Source of the DNA: Thermoanaerobaculia bacterium
GTDB lineage: Bacteria; Acidobacteriota; Thermoanaerobaculia; Multivoradales; Multivoraceae
Assembly: GCA_022823665.1 (NCBI GenBank)
Contig: JAJEHN010000037.1
Coordinates: forward strand, 23,531-87,530
Direction of reading: 5' to 3'
Length of the DNA stretch: 64,000 nt
The notes below the pieces were generated by a model. That model searched no databases. It was not told where the DNA came from and saw nothing but the letters and a program-made list of their open reading frames with translations. The position numbers and the translations under genes were made by a program. Positions 50,110-59,262 of this stretch are shown piece after piece; position 1 is the stretch's first letter; every line of letters begins with the position of its first letter.

Positions 50110-51228
50110 GTGACCGGCGTTGTCCATCAGCCGGGTTCGGCGGCCGAGGTTGCCGAGGCCGTTCGCGGTGCGGAACGGGTCGTGCCGCGGGGCGGCGGCA
50201 CGAAGCCTGCTCTGTGGTCGGTCGGCGGCGCTGACCTGCTCGACGTGTCGGCGCTCAGCGGCATCACCGAGTACCTGCCGAGCGAGTACACGGTGACGGC
50301 CCTGGCCGGCACGCCGCTCGTCGATATCGAGGCTCGACTTGTGGCCGAGGGCCAGTACCTGCCGTTCGATCCGTTGCTGGTCGACGCCGGCAGCACCGTC
50401 GGCGGCGCGGTTGCCGCGGGCGCGAATGGCCCCGGCCGGTTGCGCTACGGCGGTCTGCGGGACTTCCTGCTCGCGGTGGCCTTCGTCGACGGCCGGGGCG
50501 AGATCGTCCGCGGCGGCGCAAAGGTGGTCAAGAACGCCGCCGGCTTCGACGTGCCGAAGCTCATGGTCGGCAGCCTGGGTCGTCTGGGCGTCCTCACCGA
50601 GTGCACGTTCAAGGTCTTCCCGCATCCCGAAAGCTGCGCCACCGTGCGCGTCGCCGGCATGGCGCTGGACGAGGCCCTCGAGGCCGCCGGCCGCGTCGGG
50701 TCCGGCGCGGTCGAGCTCGAGTGCCTGGACCTGATGCACGGCCTGGCCGGCTGGGACCTGGAGATCCGCATCGGCGGTCGCAGCTTCGCCCTGGACGCTC
50801 GTCTCAAGCGCGCCGCCGATCTTCTCGACACGGACGTCACCATTCTCTCGGGCGACGCCGACGCGACGCACTGGCGCACCCGCCGCGAGTTCGGCTGGGC
50901 TCCGCCGGACGCCTCCGTCCTCAAGCTCCCCCTGACGCCGGCCACGGCGGCCGTCCTGGAACAGGTCCTGGCCGACCTCGGCGCTTCCCACGTAGCCAGG
51001 GTCTACAGCGCTGGCGTCCAGCAGGCTTTCGTCGCCTGGCCCGTCGAACGCGCAGCCGACATGCCGTCCCTCGACCGCGCCCTCGCACAGTCGAAGCTGA
51101 CGGCGCTCGCGCTGCGCGCACCGGCCGAAGCTTCGAACCAGCCGATCCTCGGCTACCGCACCGGCGGCGAGCTGCTACGCCGCGTCGAACAAGCCCTCGA
51201 CCCGGCCGGCCGCTTCGGCCGGCTGTAG
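50110..51228 (+). CDS. glcE: Glycolate oxidase subunit E
   Basis: GGGTK, GITEY.PSE, GP.RL.YG..RD, GG.KVVKN.AGFDV.KL..GS.G.LG, DP.GRF. Confidence 0.88.
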   Translation: MTGVVHQPGSAAEVAEAVRGAERVVPRGGGTKPALWSVGGADLLDVSALSGITEYLPSEYTVTALAGTPLVDIEARLVAEGQYLPFDPLLVDAGSTVGGAVAAGANGPGRLRYGGLRDFLLAVAFVDGRGEIVRGGAKVVKNAAGFDVPKLMVGSLGRLGVLTECTFKVFPHPESCATVRVAGMALDEALEAAGRVGSGAVELECLDLMHGLAGWDLEIRIGGRSFALDARLKRAADLLDTDVTILSGDADATHWRTRREFGWAPPDASVLKLPLTPATAAVLEQVLADLGASHVARVYSAGVQQAFVAWPVERAADMPSLDRALAQSKLTALALRAPAEASNQPILGYRTGGELLRRVEQALDPAGRFGRL

Positions 51229-51250
51229 CGCTTCCGCACGCCAGAGCGTC

Positions 51251-51272
51251 GGCGCGCCGGCCTCTGGCCGGC
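51251..51272. repeat. Short REP-like hairpin remnant
   Basis: GCGCGCCGGC-CTCTG-GCCGGC, like the core of 52683-52729. Confidence 0.4.
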
Positions 51273-51313
51273 CCGGCGCTGCCGAGCGTTCAACCCCGAG
51301 CAACCGCGGGCAG

Positions 51314-51382
51314 AATCTTCAATCTGCGAGTGCCGGAACTTTCAATCTGCCGGCGCTCAACCTTGCAATCTGCTGACACGTT
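51314..51382 (+). repeat. Three direct repeats, period 23 bp, core CAATCTGC
   Basis: Exact CAATCTGC at 51320, 51343 and 51366, immediately before the -10-like TACGAT 51387-51392. Confidence 0.8.
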
Positions 51383-51398
51383 ACCTTACGATCAGCCG

Positions 51399-52682
51399 AT
51401 GCCGGAACCGATCCTGTTCCCGCGCTTGATCGAGCGCCGACTTGTCGAGGCCCTGGAAGACTCTCCGGCCGTTCTCATCCATGGTCCGCGGCAGTGCGGC
51501 AAGACGACGTTGGCCCGCATGGCGGCTGCCGGCCCTGACCGGCTCGGCTATTCCTACGTCAGCCTGGACGACGCGGTGGCCCGCGACAGTGCCCGGTTGG
51601 ACCCGGCGGGATTCGTCGGCGAGCTTCCGGACCGGGTCATTCTGGACGAGGTTCAGCGCGCGCCGGAGCTGTTCGAGGCGATCAAGCTGGACGTGGACCG
51701 CCGGCGGGCGCCCGGTCGTTTCCTGCTCACGGGTTCAACGAACGTACTGCTCCTGCCGAAGCTGTCCGAGTCGCTTGCGGGGCGTCTGGAGATCGTTCGG
51801 CTTCATCCGCTGGCGCAGCGGGAGACTGCGGGGCCATCGAAAGAGCCGGTGGGCGTTGCGCCCCGCCGCGAGTTCCTGGATCTTCTCTTCGGCGACGGAT
51901 TCGACGTCCGTCGCTCGGAGCGGCTTGGCGCCGAGCTTCCGGAACGCATCGCGGCCGGCGGCTTCGCACCGGCGATCCTTCGTCCCACTCACCGGCGCCG
52001 GGCGAACTGGCATCGGAGCTATGTCGAAGCGCTGGTTGCCCGAGACGTGCGGGACCTTGCGAACATCCGGTCTCTCGATGTGTTACCGAGGTTGCTTTCG
52101 GCCGTTGCCGGCCAGACCGCGCGTCTCTTCAACCTGACGGACCTGGCCGCGCCGTTTCAGCTCAGCCGGCCGACGATCCGCGACTATGTGGCGCTGCTCG
52201 AGCGCCTGTTCCTGTTTGAGCGGCTCCTCCCATGGCACAGCAATCGTCTGAGCCGGCTGGTCAAGAGCCCGAAACTCCACTTCGTGGACACGGGAGTCGC
52301 CGCCACGCTTCTGGGCACGAGTCCGGCCGGTCTGATGGCGGACCGCCCCCTGCTCGGGCAGCTACTGGAGACCTTCGTCTACCAGGAACTTCGGCGTCAG
52401 GCCGGCTGGCACGACACGCCTTTCGGCTTCTTCCACTTCCGCGACCGGGATGGGTTCGAGGTCGACATCGTGATCGAGCAAGGACCGGCCGCCGTGGCGG
52501 GCGTTGAAGTCAAGGCGTCCGCGACGGTCAGACCGTCCGACTTCCGTGGCCTCCGCAAGCTGGCCGCGACCGTCGGTGGTCGCTTCGCAGGCGGAGTGGT
52601 CCTCTACGATGGCGAACTGACCGCACGCTTCGGAGACCGTCTCCACGCCGTGCCTGTCCGCCGGCTGTGGGAGACGGTGTGA
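51399..52682 (+). CDS. AAA+ ATPase with DUF4143 domain
   Basis: GPRQCGKTT, ILDEVQR, LLTGS, KSPKLHFVDTG, EVDIV..GVEVKAS; start ATG 51399. Confidence 0.9.
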   Translation: MPEPILFPRLIERRLVEALEDSPAVLIHGPRQCGKTTLARMAAAGPDRLGYSYVSLDDAVARDSARLDPAGFVGELPDRVILDEVQRAPELFEAIKLDVDRRRAPGRFLLTGSTNVLLLPKLSESLAGRLEIVRLHPLAQRETAGPSKEPVGVAPRREFLDLLFGDGFDVRRSERLGAELPERIAAGGFAPAILRPTHRRRANWHRSYVEALVARDVRDLANIRSLDVLPRLLSAVAGQTARLFNLTDLAAPFQLSRPTIRDYVALLERLFLFERLLPWHSNRLSRLVKSPKLHFVDTGVAATLLGTSPAGLMADRPLLGQLLETFVYQELRRQAGWHDTPFGFFHFRDRDGFEVDIVIEQGPAAVAGVEVKASATVRPSDFRGLRKLAATVGGRFAGGVVLYDGELTARFGDRLHAVPVRRLWETV

Positions 52683-52729
52683 CGGCGCTTCGCGCCGGGT
52701 GCCGGCCAGAAGGCCGGCGCACCGGCAGT
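52683..52729 (-). repeat. Diverged REP-like palindrome filling the gap between convergent genes
   Basis: Reverse complement ACTGCCGGTGCGCCGGCCTTCTGGCCGGCACCCGGCGCGAAGCGCCG aligns to 46609-46653. Confidence 0.75.
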
Positions 52730-52739
52730 TGGCCTTTCC

Positions 52740-54176
52740 TCAGCTCGCCTTCGGCAAAGCTCCCATCACGGCCTTGACCTCAAGGAACTCCTCGAAGCCG
52801 AAGTCCCCCCACTCGCGGCCGTTGCCGGACTGCTTGTAGCCGCCGAAGGGGGCGCCGAAGTCGGCAGGGGCGCCGTTGATGTGGACGTTGCCGGCGCGGA
52901 TGCGCGAGGCGACGCTGCGGGCGTGGTCGAGGTCGCCGGACTGGACGTAGCTGGAGAGGCCGTACGGGGTGTCGTTGGCGATCCGGATCGCTTCTTCCTC
53001 CGTCTCGTAAGGGAGGATCGAGAGCACGGGACCGAAGATCTCCTCCTGGGCGATCGTCATGTCGTTGCTGACCCCGCCGAAGACGGTGGGGCGGACGTAG
53101 TAGCCGCTGTCCATGCCTTCGGGGCGGTCGGTGCCGCCGGTGACCAGCTCGGCGCCTTCCTCGATGCCCTTGGCGATGAGGCCCTGGATCTTGTCGTACT
53201 GGACCTTGCTGACGACGGGGCCGATGGCGACGCCTTCCTGTCCCGGCGGACCGACGGCGGTCGCTTCGGCGGCCGCCTTGGCGACCTCGAGCGCACGGGC
53301 GTGCGAGGCCGCCGGCACGAGCATCCGCGTGGGAGCGTTGCAGGACTGGCCGCTGTTCAGGAAGCACTGCCGGGTGCCCGCCTTGACCGCCTTGTCGATG
53401 TCCGCGTCCTCGAGGACGATGTTCGGCGACTTGCCGCCGAGTTCCTGGGCGACCCGCTTGATCGAGTCGGCGGCGGCCTTGGCCACGGCGCGGCCGGCGC
53501 GCGTCGAGCCGGTGAAGGACATCATGTCGATGCCCGGGTGACCCGACAGCGCGGCGCCGACCTCGGGGCCTTCCCCGTTGATCAGGTTGAAGACGCCCGG
53601 CGGAACGCCCGCGTCGTGGAGGATCTCGGCGAGGAGGATCGCGTTGAGCGGCGCCACCTCGCTCGGCTTGAGCACCATCGTGCAGCCCGCGGCGAGCGCC
53701 GGCGCCACCTTGCAGGCGATCTGGTTGATCGGCCAGTTCCAGGGCGTGATCAGGCCGCAGACGCCGACCGGTTCCTTGACGATGTTCGTCGTGCCGCGCG
53801 TCTCGACGAACTCGTAGCCCTTCAGCACGTTCAGGGCGCCGGCGAAGTGGCCGAGGCCGGAGGGCGCCTGGGCGGCCTTGGCGAGCCAGGCCGGGGCGCC
53901 CATCTCCATGGAGATCGTCTCCGCCATCTCGCCGATCCGGGCCTGGTAGCCGGCGACGATGCGGCCGAGGAGTTCCACGCGTTCTTCCTGGCTGGTCTGT
54001 GAGAAGGACTCGAAGGCTGCCTGCGCCGCCGCGACGGCCTTGTCGACGTCCGCCGCGCTGCCGAGGCTGATCCGGCCGACCGCTTCTTCCGTCGACGGAT
54101 CGATCACGTCCATCGTCTTCGGGGCCACCGGGTCGACCCATTCACCGTTGATGTAGAACTGCAGCGCTTCCTTCAT
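52740..54176 (-). CDS. NAD(P)-dependent aldehyde dehydrogenase
   Basis: ITPWNWP, LKPSE, FTGST, ELGGKSP, NSGQSC, EEIFGPV, FGGYKQSG.GRE. Confidence 0.96.
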   Translation of the reverse strand: MKEALQFYINGEWVDPVAPKTMDVIDPSTEEAVGRISLGSAADVDKAVAAAQAAFESFSQTSQEERVELLGRIVAGYQARIGEMAETISMEMGAPAWLAKAAQAPSGLGHFAGALNVLKGYEFVETRGTTNIVKEPVGVCGLITPWNWPINQIACKVAPALAAGCTMVLKPSEVAPLNAILLAEILHDAGVPPGVFNLINGEGPEVGAALSGHPGIDMMSFTGSTRAGRAVAKAAADSIKRVAQELGGKSPNIVLEDADIDKAVKAGTRQCFLNSGQSCNAPTRMLVPAASHARALEVAKAAAEATAVGPPGQEGVAIGPVVSKVQYDKIQGLIAKGIEEGAELVTGGTDRPEGMDSGYYVRPTVFGGVSNDMTIAQEEIFGPVLSILPYETEEEAIRIANDTPYGLSSYVQSGDLDHARSVASRIRAGNVHINGAPADFGAPFGGYKQSGNGREWGDFGFEEFLEVKAVMGALPKAS

Positions 54177-54237
54177 GGGACTCTCTCCGCGTGTGTGTTG
54201 GTTCCTTGGGCCGGTGAGTGTAGCCCGGATGAGGCAG

Positions 54238-55635
54238 CTACGGGAGCAGCAGGCGGGCGGCCTTCTCCCCGCACTCGGCGCCGACGGCGATCGCCCGGCT
54301 CAGGCCGACGCCGTGGAGCGCGTTGCCGGCCAGGTAGAAGCCGTCGATCGGGTCCAGGGCGGCCTCGATTCGGGTCACTCGCCGCAGGTGGCCAGGGGCG
54401 TACTGCGGGATGGCGTGCGGCCAGCGGGCGACGCTCGTGTAGGTCGGTTCCGCGTCGATGCCGGCCGTCCGGCGTAGCTCGCGGAGGGTCAGGTCGACGA
54501 GCTGAGCGTCGCCGAGGTCGGCAGCCTCGGGGTCCACGCTGCCTCCGAACATCGAGCGGGTCAGGAACGTGCCATTCGGGCCGCGGCCTCGGAAGGTAGC
54601 GGTCTCGTACTGGCAGCCGAGCATGCGGATGCCTTCGCCGCGGGCGACGAGGAAGCCGTAGGCCGGCTCGATGTGGGCAGCGGCCGCGGCGTCGAAGGCG
54701 GTATGGACGACGGCCATCGGCGGCGACTCGATCTGCCGGAGTTCGGCCGCGGCCTCTGCCGAGACGCCGTCGACGAGATCCGCGGCCGAAGGCAGGTCGG
54801 CCGCTACGACGACTGCATCTCCAGTGACTTCGCCGCCGGACGAAGCGACCCTGAAGCCGCTGCCGCGCCGCTCGATCGCGGTGACCCGCCGGTTGCAGCG
54901 GACTTCGATTCCCGGAAGAGCGCCGACGGCGTGCGGAAAGGCCTGGATGCCGTGGCGAAGTGTCCGGTGCCCTGGCGGCGGAACGCCGCGCCTGCGGCCG
55001 GCGCGCATCGCCTTGAACAGGGAACCGTAGGCCCGTTCCATCGCGACCAGACGCGGAAACGCGGCCGCGGCCGAGAGCTTCCGCGCGTCGCCGGCGAAGA
55101 TGCCGAGGACGACGGGCGAGATGAGGCGCCGGGCCGCCTGCGGCCCCATGCGGCGGGCGGCGAAGTCGTACAGCGACTCGTCTTCGCCGGCGCCGCCCTC
55201 CGCGTCGTCGTCGTGCCGACTCCGCACCAGGGGTTCCAGCGCCAGCCGCGCCAGGCCGAGCGGTCCCAGCATGCCGCTCCTGGCGAAGGCCAGCGGGCTG
55301 CGCCGCAACTCCCGCAGCCTGCCGCCCCGGTAGATGTAGCGTCGGTTCGCCGCCGGTTCCGGCGCCAGCACCTCGCTCTCGAGGCCGCAGGCGGCGATCA
55401 TCTCCCGCACGACCGGCTGATCGTCGAGGAAACCCTGGGGGCCGGTCTCGATCAGGAAGCCGCCGGCCTGTCCGGTCCGGGCCTTGCCGCCGACCTCGCC
55501 GTCCGCCTCGAGCACGAGGATCTCGATCTCGCGGCCGGCGCGCTCCGCTTCGACCGACGCTTTCCAGGCGGCGGCCAGTCCGGAAGGCCCGCCGCCGACG
55601 ACAACCAGGCGGCAGGCCTCCGGCTGTTCGCTCAA
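54238..55635 (-). CDS. hemY: FAD-dependent protoporphyrinogen/coproporphyrinogen oxidase (HemY type)
   Basis: VVGGGPSGLAAA, GGKART, ETGPQGF, GIFAGD, W..AIPQY..GH, AGN...GVG; TTG start by TTGA overlap. Confidence 0.9.
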   Translation of the reverse strand: MSEQPEACRLVVVGGGPSGLAAAWKASVEAERAGREIEILVLEADGEVGGKARTGQAGGFLIETGPQGFLDDQPVVREMIAACGLESEVLAPEPAANRRYIYRGGRLRELRRSPLAFARSGMLGPLGLARLALEPLVRSRHDDDAEGGAGEDESLYDFAARRMGPQAARRLISPVVLGIFAGDARKLSAAAAFPRLVAMERAYGSLFKAMRAGRRRGVPPPGHRTLRHGIQAFPHAVGALPGIEVRCNRRVTAIERRGSGFRVASSGGEVTGDAVVVAADLPSAADLVDGVSAEAAAELRQIESPPMAVVHTAFDAAAAAHIEPAYGFLVARGEGIRMLGCQYETATFRGRGPNGTFLTRSMFGGSVDPEAADLGDAQLVDLTLRELRRTAGIDAEPTYTSVARWPHAIPQYAPGHLRRVTRIEAALDPIDGFYLAGNALHGVGLSRAIAVGAECGEKAARLLLP

Positions 55636-56726
55636 GCGTCCTCCGCCTCGGCGTGGACGGCCTCGACCAGGGCCTGCACCGCCTGAAGCGGCGTTTCCGG
55701 CAGCACGCCGTGTCCCAGGTTCACGATGTGGCCGCGGCGAGGGAGGCTGGCGAGCAGGAGTCCGGTCTCGCGCCGGACCGCCCGTTCGCCGGCCAGGAGC
55801 GCGGCGGGGTCCAGGTTGCCCTGCAGGCAAAGGTCCGGCCGCCGCCGGCGCAGCGCGCCGAGGTCGGTACGCCAGTCGACGCCGAGCGCTTCGCAGGGCA
55901 GACCTGCGTAGTCGTCCACCAACTGGGGCGCGGCGTGGAGGAAGAGGATGCGGGGGACGGCGGCGTCGCCTAGTCGCCGCAGCAGCCGATCGAGGTGCGG
56001 CCGAATCCTCCGCCGCCATTCGGAGCGCGGGAAGAGGCCGGCCCAGGAGTCGAAGACCTGGACCGCGTCGGCGCCGGCCCGGTGCTGCCCGATCAGATAG
56101 CGGGCGCAGAGCCGTCCCAGGCGGTCGAGCAGGGCGTCGAAAGCCGCCGGCTCCTGGTAGGCGAACGCCCGCAGCCGCGGGAAGTCGCGGACGCCGCGAC
56201 CCTCGACCAGGTAGGCCGCGAGGGTCAACGGAGCGCCCGCGAAGCCGAGGAGCGCCGTCTCCGGGACGAGCTCGGACCGCACGATCCGCTGGGCGGCCGC
56301 GACCTCCGGGGCGATCGCGGCTTCGTCGAGGTCGTCGGGATCGGGCAGGGCGGCGACGTCCCGCGCGCTCCGGATCGGCTCGGCGATCACGGGCCCCGGA
56401 TCGAAGCGGAAGTCGACGCCGAGCGCCGGCATGGGCGACATGATGTCCGCGAACGTGATCGCGGCGTCGAACGGGAAGCGCCGGAGCGGCATCAGGGTGA
56501 CTTCGGCCGCCAGTTCAGGGTCGCGCGCGAGGCCGGCGAAGCCGTGGCGCTCCTTGAGTGCCCGGTACTCGGGCAGGATGCGTCCGGCCTGACGCATCAT
56601 CCACAGCGGCCGCCGCGGCGTTTCCTCGAATCGAAGGGCGCGCAGCAGCAGGGGTTCGGCTGGCGGGACGGTGGCGGCGGCCGGGGCGGCAGCAGGCCCG
56701 GCCGCGGTCGTCGGCAGGCCGTTCAC
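55632..56726 (-). CDS. hemE: Uroporphyrinogen decarboxylase
   Basis: P.WMMRQAGRILPEY, AAITFADI, GFAGAP.TL..Y, QVFDSW, QGNLDP, NLGHGVLP; GTG start by GTGA overlap. Confidence 0.95.
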   Translation of the reverse strand: MNGLPTTAAGPAAAPAAATVPPAEPLLLRALRFEETPRRPLWMMRQAGRILPEYRALKERHGFAGLARDPELAAEVTLMPLRRFPFDAAITFADIMSPMPALGVDFRFDPGPVIAEPIRSARDVAALPDPDDLDEAAIAPEVAAAQRIVRSELVPETALLGFAGAPLTLAAYLVEGRGVRDFPRLRAFAYQEPAAFDALLDRLGRLCARYLIGQHRAGADAVQVFDSWAGLFPRSEWRRRIRPHLDRLLRRLGDAAVPRILFLHAAPQLVDDYAGLPCEALGVDWRTDLGALRRRRPDLCLQGNLDPAALLAGERAVRRETGLLLASLPRRGHIVNLGHGVLPETPLQAVQALVEAVHAEAEDA

Positions 56727-58081
56727 TTGCCGGCCGTCCAGCGGGTCGATGGCTCGGAGGGCCTGTCGGCGCGCCGCTGTTCGAGCAGCTCCGGCGCCGC
56801 GGCGGCAAGGAAGGCGTCGACGCCGTCCTGGCCGATCTCGATCGCCACCGCGCGCAGCCCCACGACCGGCAGGTGGCTCAGACGCTTCGCCATCACGGCC
56901 GTCCACTCCCGGAGCGTTTCCCGTTCCGCCTCCGAGAGGCCCGCGAGATCGCCCTGCAGCAGGCGGTCCAGGTTCGCGCCCAGGGAATCCTGGTACTTGG
57001 CGCCGATCGCGCGGATGGCGCCGGCCACCGACCGGGTGGCCATCGCTTCCCGGTAGGCGTCGAGTTCCTCGTCGATCAGCACGCGGGCTTCGGCAGTGCG
57101 CCCGCGCCGGTCGCGGAGGGTCTTCTGGGCCAGTTCATTGATCTGGTCCATGCCGATCCGCTTCAGACCCGCGACGCGGGCGTCGGCTGGAGCGACATCG
57201 GCCGGGATCGCCATGTCGATCACCAGCGGTGAGGCGCCGTACCGGGCGTCGCCGGTCGCGGCCAGGACCGACAGGCACCGCCGATCGACCACCGGCCCCG
57301 GGGCGCCGGTCGAAAACAGTGTTGCGGTCACCGGCGGCGGCTCGGACCGGAACCGGTCGAGGCTCATCGTTTCGACCGCCTTTGCGGATCCGTTCGCCCC
57401 GGTCGCGCCCCCCGTTCTTTCGGCAAGATCGTCGGCCTTCGAGCGCGTGCGGTTGACGAGGACCAGAGGAATGCCGCGAGAGCGCAGCCGCTCCGTACAC
57501 GTCTCGGTCATCGCCGCCACGCCGATCAGCGCCACCGGCCCCGGATGCTCCGCGGCGCGCTCGGTCAACAGGTCGGCGGCAATCTCCGACAGTGACGTGC
57601 GCCCGGCGCCGACCCCAGTCTCCCGGTGGACCCGCTTGCCGGCCCGAAGCGCCGATTCGACCACGCGCCGCAACTCCGGGTCGACCGTACCGCTGGCCGT
57701 CGCCTCGTCGAGCGCGTCGCGCAGTTGCCCGCGGATCTCCCGCTCTCCAGGCTGGGCCGAGTCGAGGCCGGCCGCTACCAGGTACAGGTGCTCGACCGCC
57801 CCTTCCCCTTCCCAGCTCCGGAACACGCGCCGTGCCGCCCCCGCGCCAGCCACCAGCCGCAACAGCTCCCGCCGGCATGACGCCAACGTAGCTCCCGGCT
57901 CCGCCGAGAAAACGAACGCCACCCGGTTGCAAGTGGCGAGGTAGATCAGCCCCTGAGCACCGACCCGCTGCTTCAGCCGCCGCATCTCGGCGGCCCGCCG
58001 CTCATCCGGCATGGTGTACTGCGCGATCTCTTCGGCGCTGGCATACCGCCAGGTCACCGCAACGACACAACAGTTGTCCAT
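56723..58081 (-). CDS. hemA: Glutamyl-tRNA reductase (divergent)
   Basis: LATCNRV, AAGLDS...GE.EI.GQ, RV..ET, NRT, DMAIP.DV; start ATG 58081. Confidence 0.85.
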   Translation of the reverse strand: MDNCCVVAVTWRYASAEEIAQYTMPDERRAAEMRRLKQRVGAQGLIYLATCNRVAFVFSAEPGATLASCRRELLRLVAGAGAARRVFRSWEGEGAVEHLYLVAAGLDSAQPGEREIRGQLRDALDEATASGTVDPELRRVVESALRAGKRVHRETGVGAGRTSLSEIAADLLTERAAEHPGPVALIGVAAMTETCTERLRSRGIPLVLVNRTRSKADDLAERTGGATGANGSAKAVETMSLDRFRSEPPPVTATLFSTGAPGPVVDRRCLSVLAATGDARYGASPLVIDMAIPADVAPADARVAGLKRIGMDQINELAQKTLRDRRGRTAEARVLIDEELDAYREAMATRSVAGAIRAIGAKYQDSLGANLDRLLQGDLAGLSEAERETLREWTAVMAKRLSHLPVVGLRAVAIEIGQDGVDAFLAAAAPELLEQRRADRPSEPSTRWTAGK

Positions 58082-58115
58082 CGGGCGATTCTGACCTAGT
58101 GAGACGCCTGGATTG

Positions 58116-59252
58116 TCACGGTTGTGTCGGCGTCGACGATCCACTCTCGCGCACGCCGCTACGCGGCGGCGCGTCTGATGCCGGCGGGGGCGCCGGCGCA
58201 CCCAGTGTTCGCCACTCGCGGGTGTTGCGGAGGATCAGGTCGGTCAGCGCGTCGAGGTGGTCGGGGCGGTCGTTGAGGCAGGGGATGTAGCGGAGGCGCT
58301 CGCCGCCGGACTCCTCGAAGTAGCCGCGGTTCTCGACCTCGATCTCTTCGAGCGTCTCGATGCAGTCGGCGGAGAAGCCGGGGCAGGCGACGTCGACGTT
58401 CCCGAGGCCGGCCTGGGGCAGCTCGCGCATCGTGGCATCCGTCTTCGGGCCGATCCAGAGTTCGCGGCCGAACTGGGACTGGAACGTGCTGATCACCCGC
58501 TCCGCGTCGATGCCCAGTTCCTCCACCAGCAGGCGTGTCGTCTCCAGGCACTGGCACTGGTAGGGATCGCCGTTGTCGATGTAGCGCTTGGGGACGCCGT
58601 GGTAGGAGAGGACGAGCCGGTCGGGCTCGCCGTCGGCCCAGGTCTCGCGGATGCTGGCGGCGAGGGCGCGCAGGAAGCCGGGGTCGTCGTAGTAGCTGTT
58701 GATCGTGCGCAGTTCCGGCACCCAGCGCCAGCGGCGGAGTTGCCGGGCGAGCATGTCGACCGTGGACGCCGTGGTGGCCGCCGAGTACTGCGGGAAGAGC
58801 GGGAAGAACAGGAGGCGCGTGCATCCCCTGTTGCGGAGTTCGGCGAGCGCGCTTCGGATGGAGGGGGTGCCGTATCGCATCCCGATGGCGACGTGAAAGG
58901 TCGGCTCGCCCGCTCCCTGAGCCTCCCGCAGCCGTCGTTCGATGCCCTCGACCTGCCGTTTGCCGATCGCGAGGAGCGGCGAGCCTTCGTCCGTCCAGAT
59001 CTTCTCGTAGAGCTTCGCGACCCGCTGCGGCCGCGTTGTCAGGACGAACAGGTACAGGATCGGCAGCCACTTCCAGCGCGGCACCTCGGCGATGCGCGTG
59101 TCGCTCAGGAACTGCCGAAGGTAGCGGCGCAGGGCCTTCGGCGTCGGGGCCGCCGGCGTGCCGACGTTGGCGAGCAGGACGCCGATGGCGCGGCGGTCCA
59201 CGGAGGCTTCGACGCGCGGTTCCGGTTCGTAGAGAGATGTGCCGCTGGTCAT
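58116..59252 (-). CDS. hemH: Ferrochelatase
   Basis: GVLL.N.GTP, PL.PQYSAAT, SYHG.P, FQSQFG..WIGP, PGFSADCIETLEEI. Confidence 0.95.
   Translation of the reverse strand: MTSGTSLYEPEPRVEASVDRRAIGVLLANVGTPAAPTPKALRRYLRQFLSDTRIAEVPRWKWLPILYLFVLTTRPQRVAKLYEKIWTDEGSPLLAIGKRQVEGIERRLREAQGAGEPTFHVAIGMRYGTPSIRSALAELRNRGCTRLLFFPLFPQYSAATTASTVDMLARQLRRWRWVPELRTINSYYDDPGFLRALAASIRETWADGEPDRLVLSYHGVPKRYIDNGDPYQCQCLETTRLLVEELGIDAERVISTFQSQFGRELWIGPKTDATMRELPQAGLGNVDVACPGFSADCIETLEEIEVENRGYFEESGGERLRYIPCLNDRPDHLDALTDLILRNTREWRTLGAPAPPPASDAPPRSGVRESGSSTPTQP
58154..58207 (-). repeat. REP-like palindrome translated as part of the HemH C-terminal tail
   Basis: Reverse complement of 58177-58207 is 30/31 identical to 46608-46638; adjacent CGCCGC-TAC-GCGGCG hairpin like that at 39402. 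Confidence 0.88.
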
Positions 59253-59262
59253 GCGTTGCCGG

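Noticed and set aside
51314-51382. Mini CRISPR array
   Set aside because: 8-nt core with 15-nt gaps is far too short, and no cas genes are present
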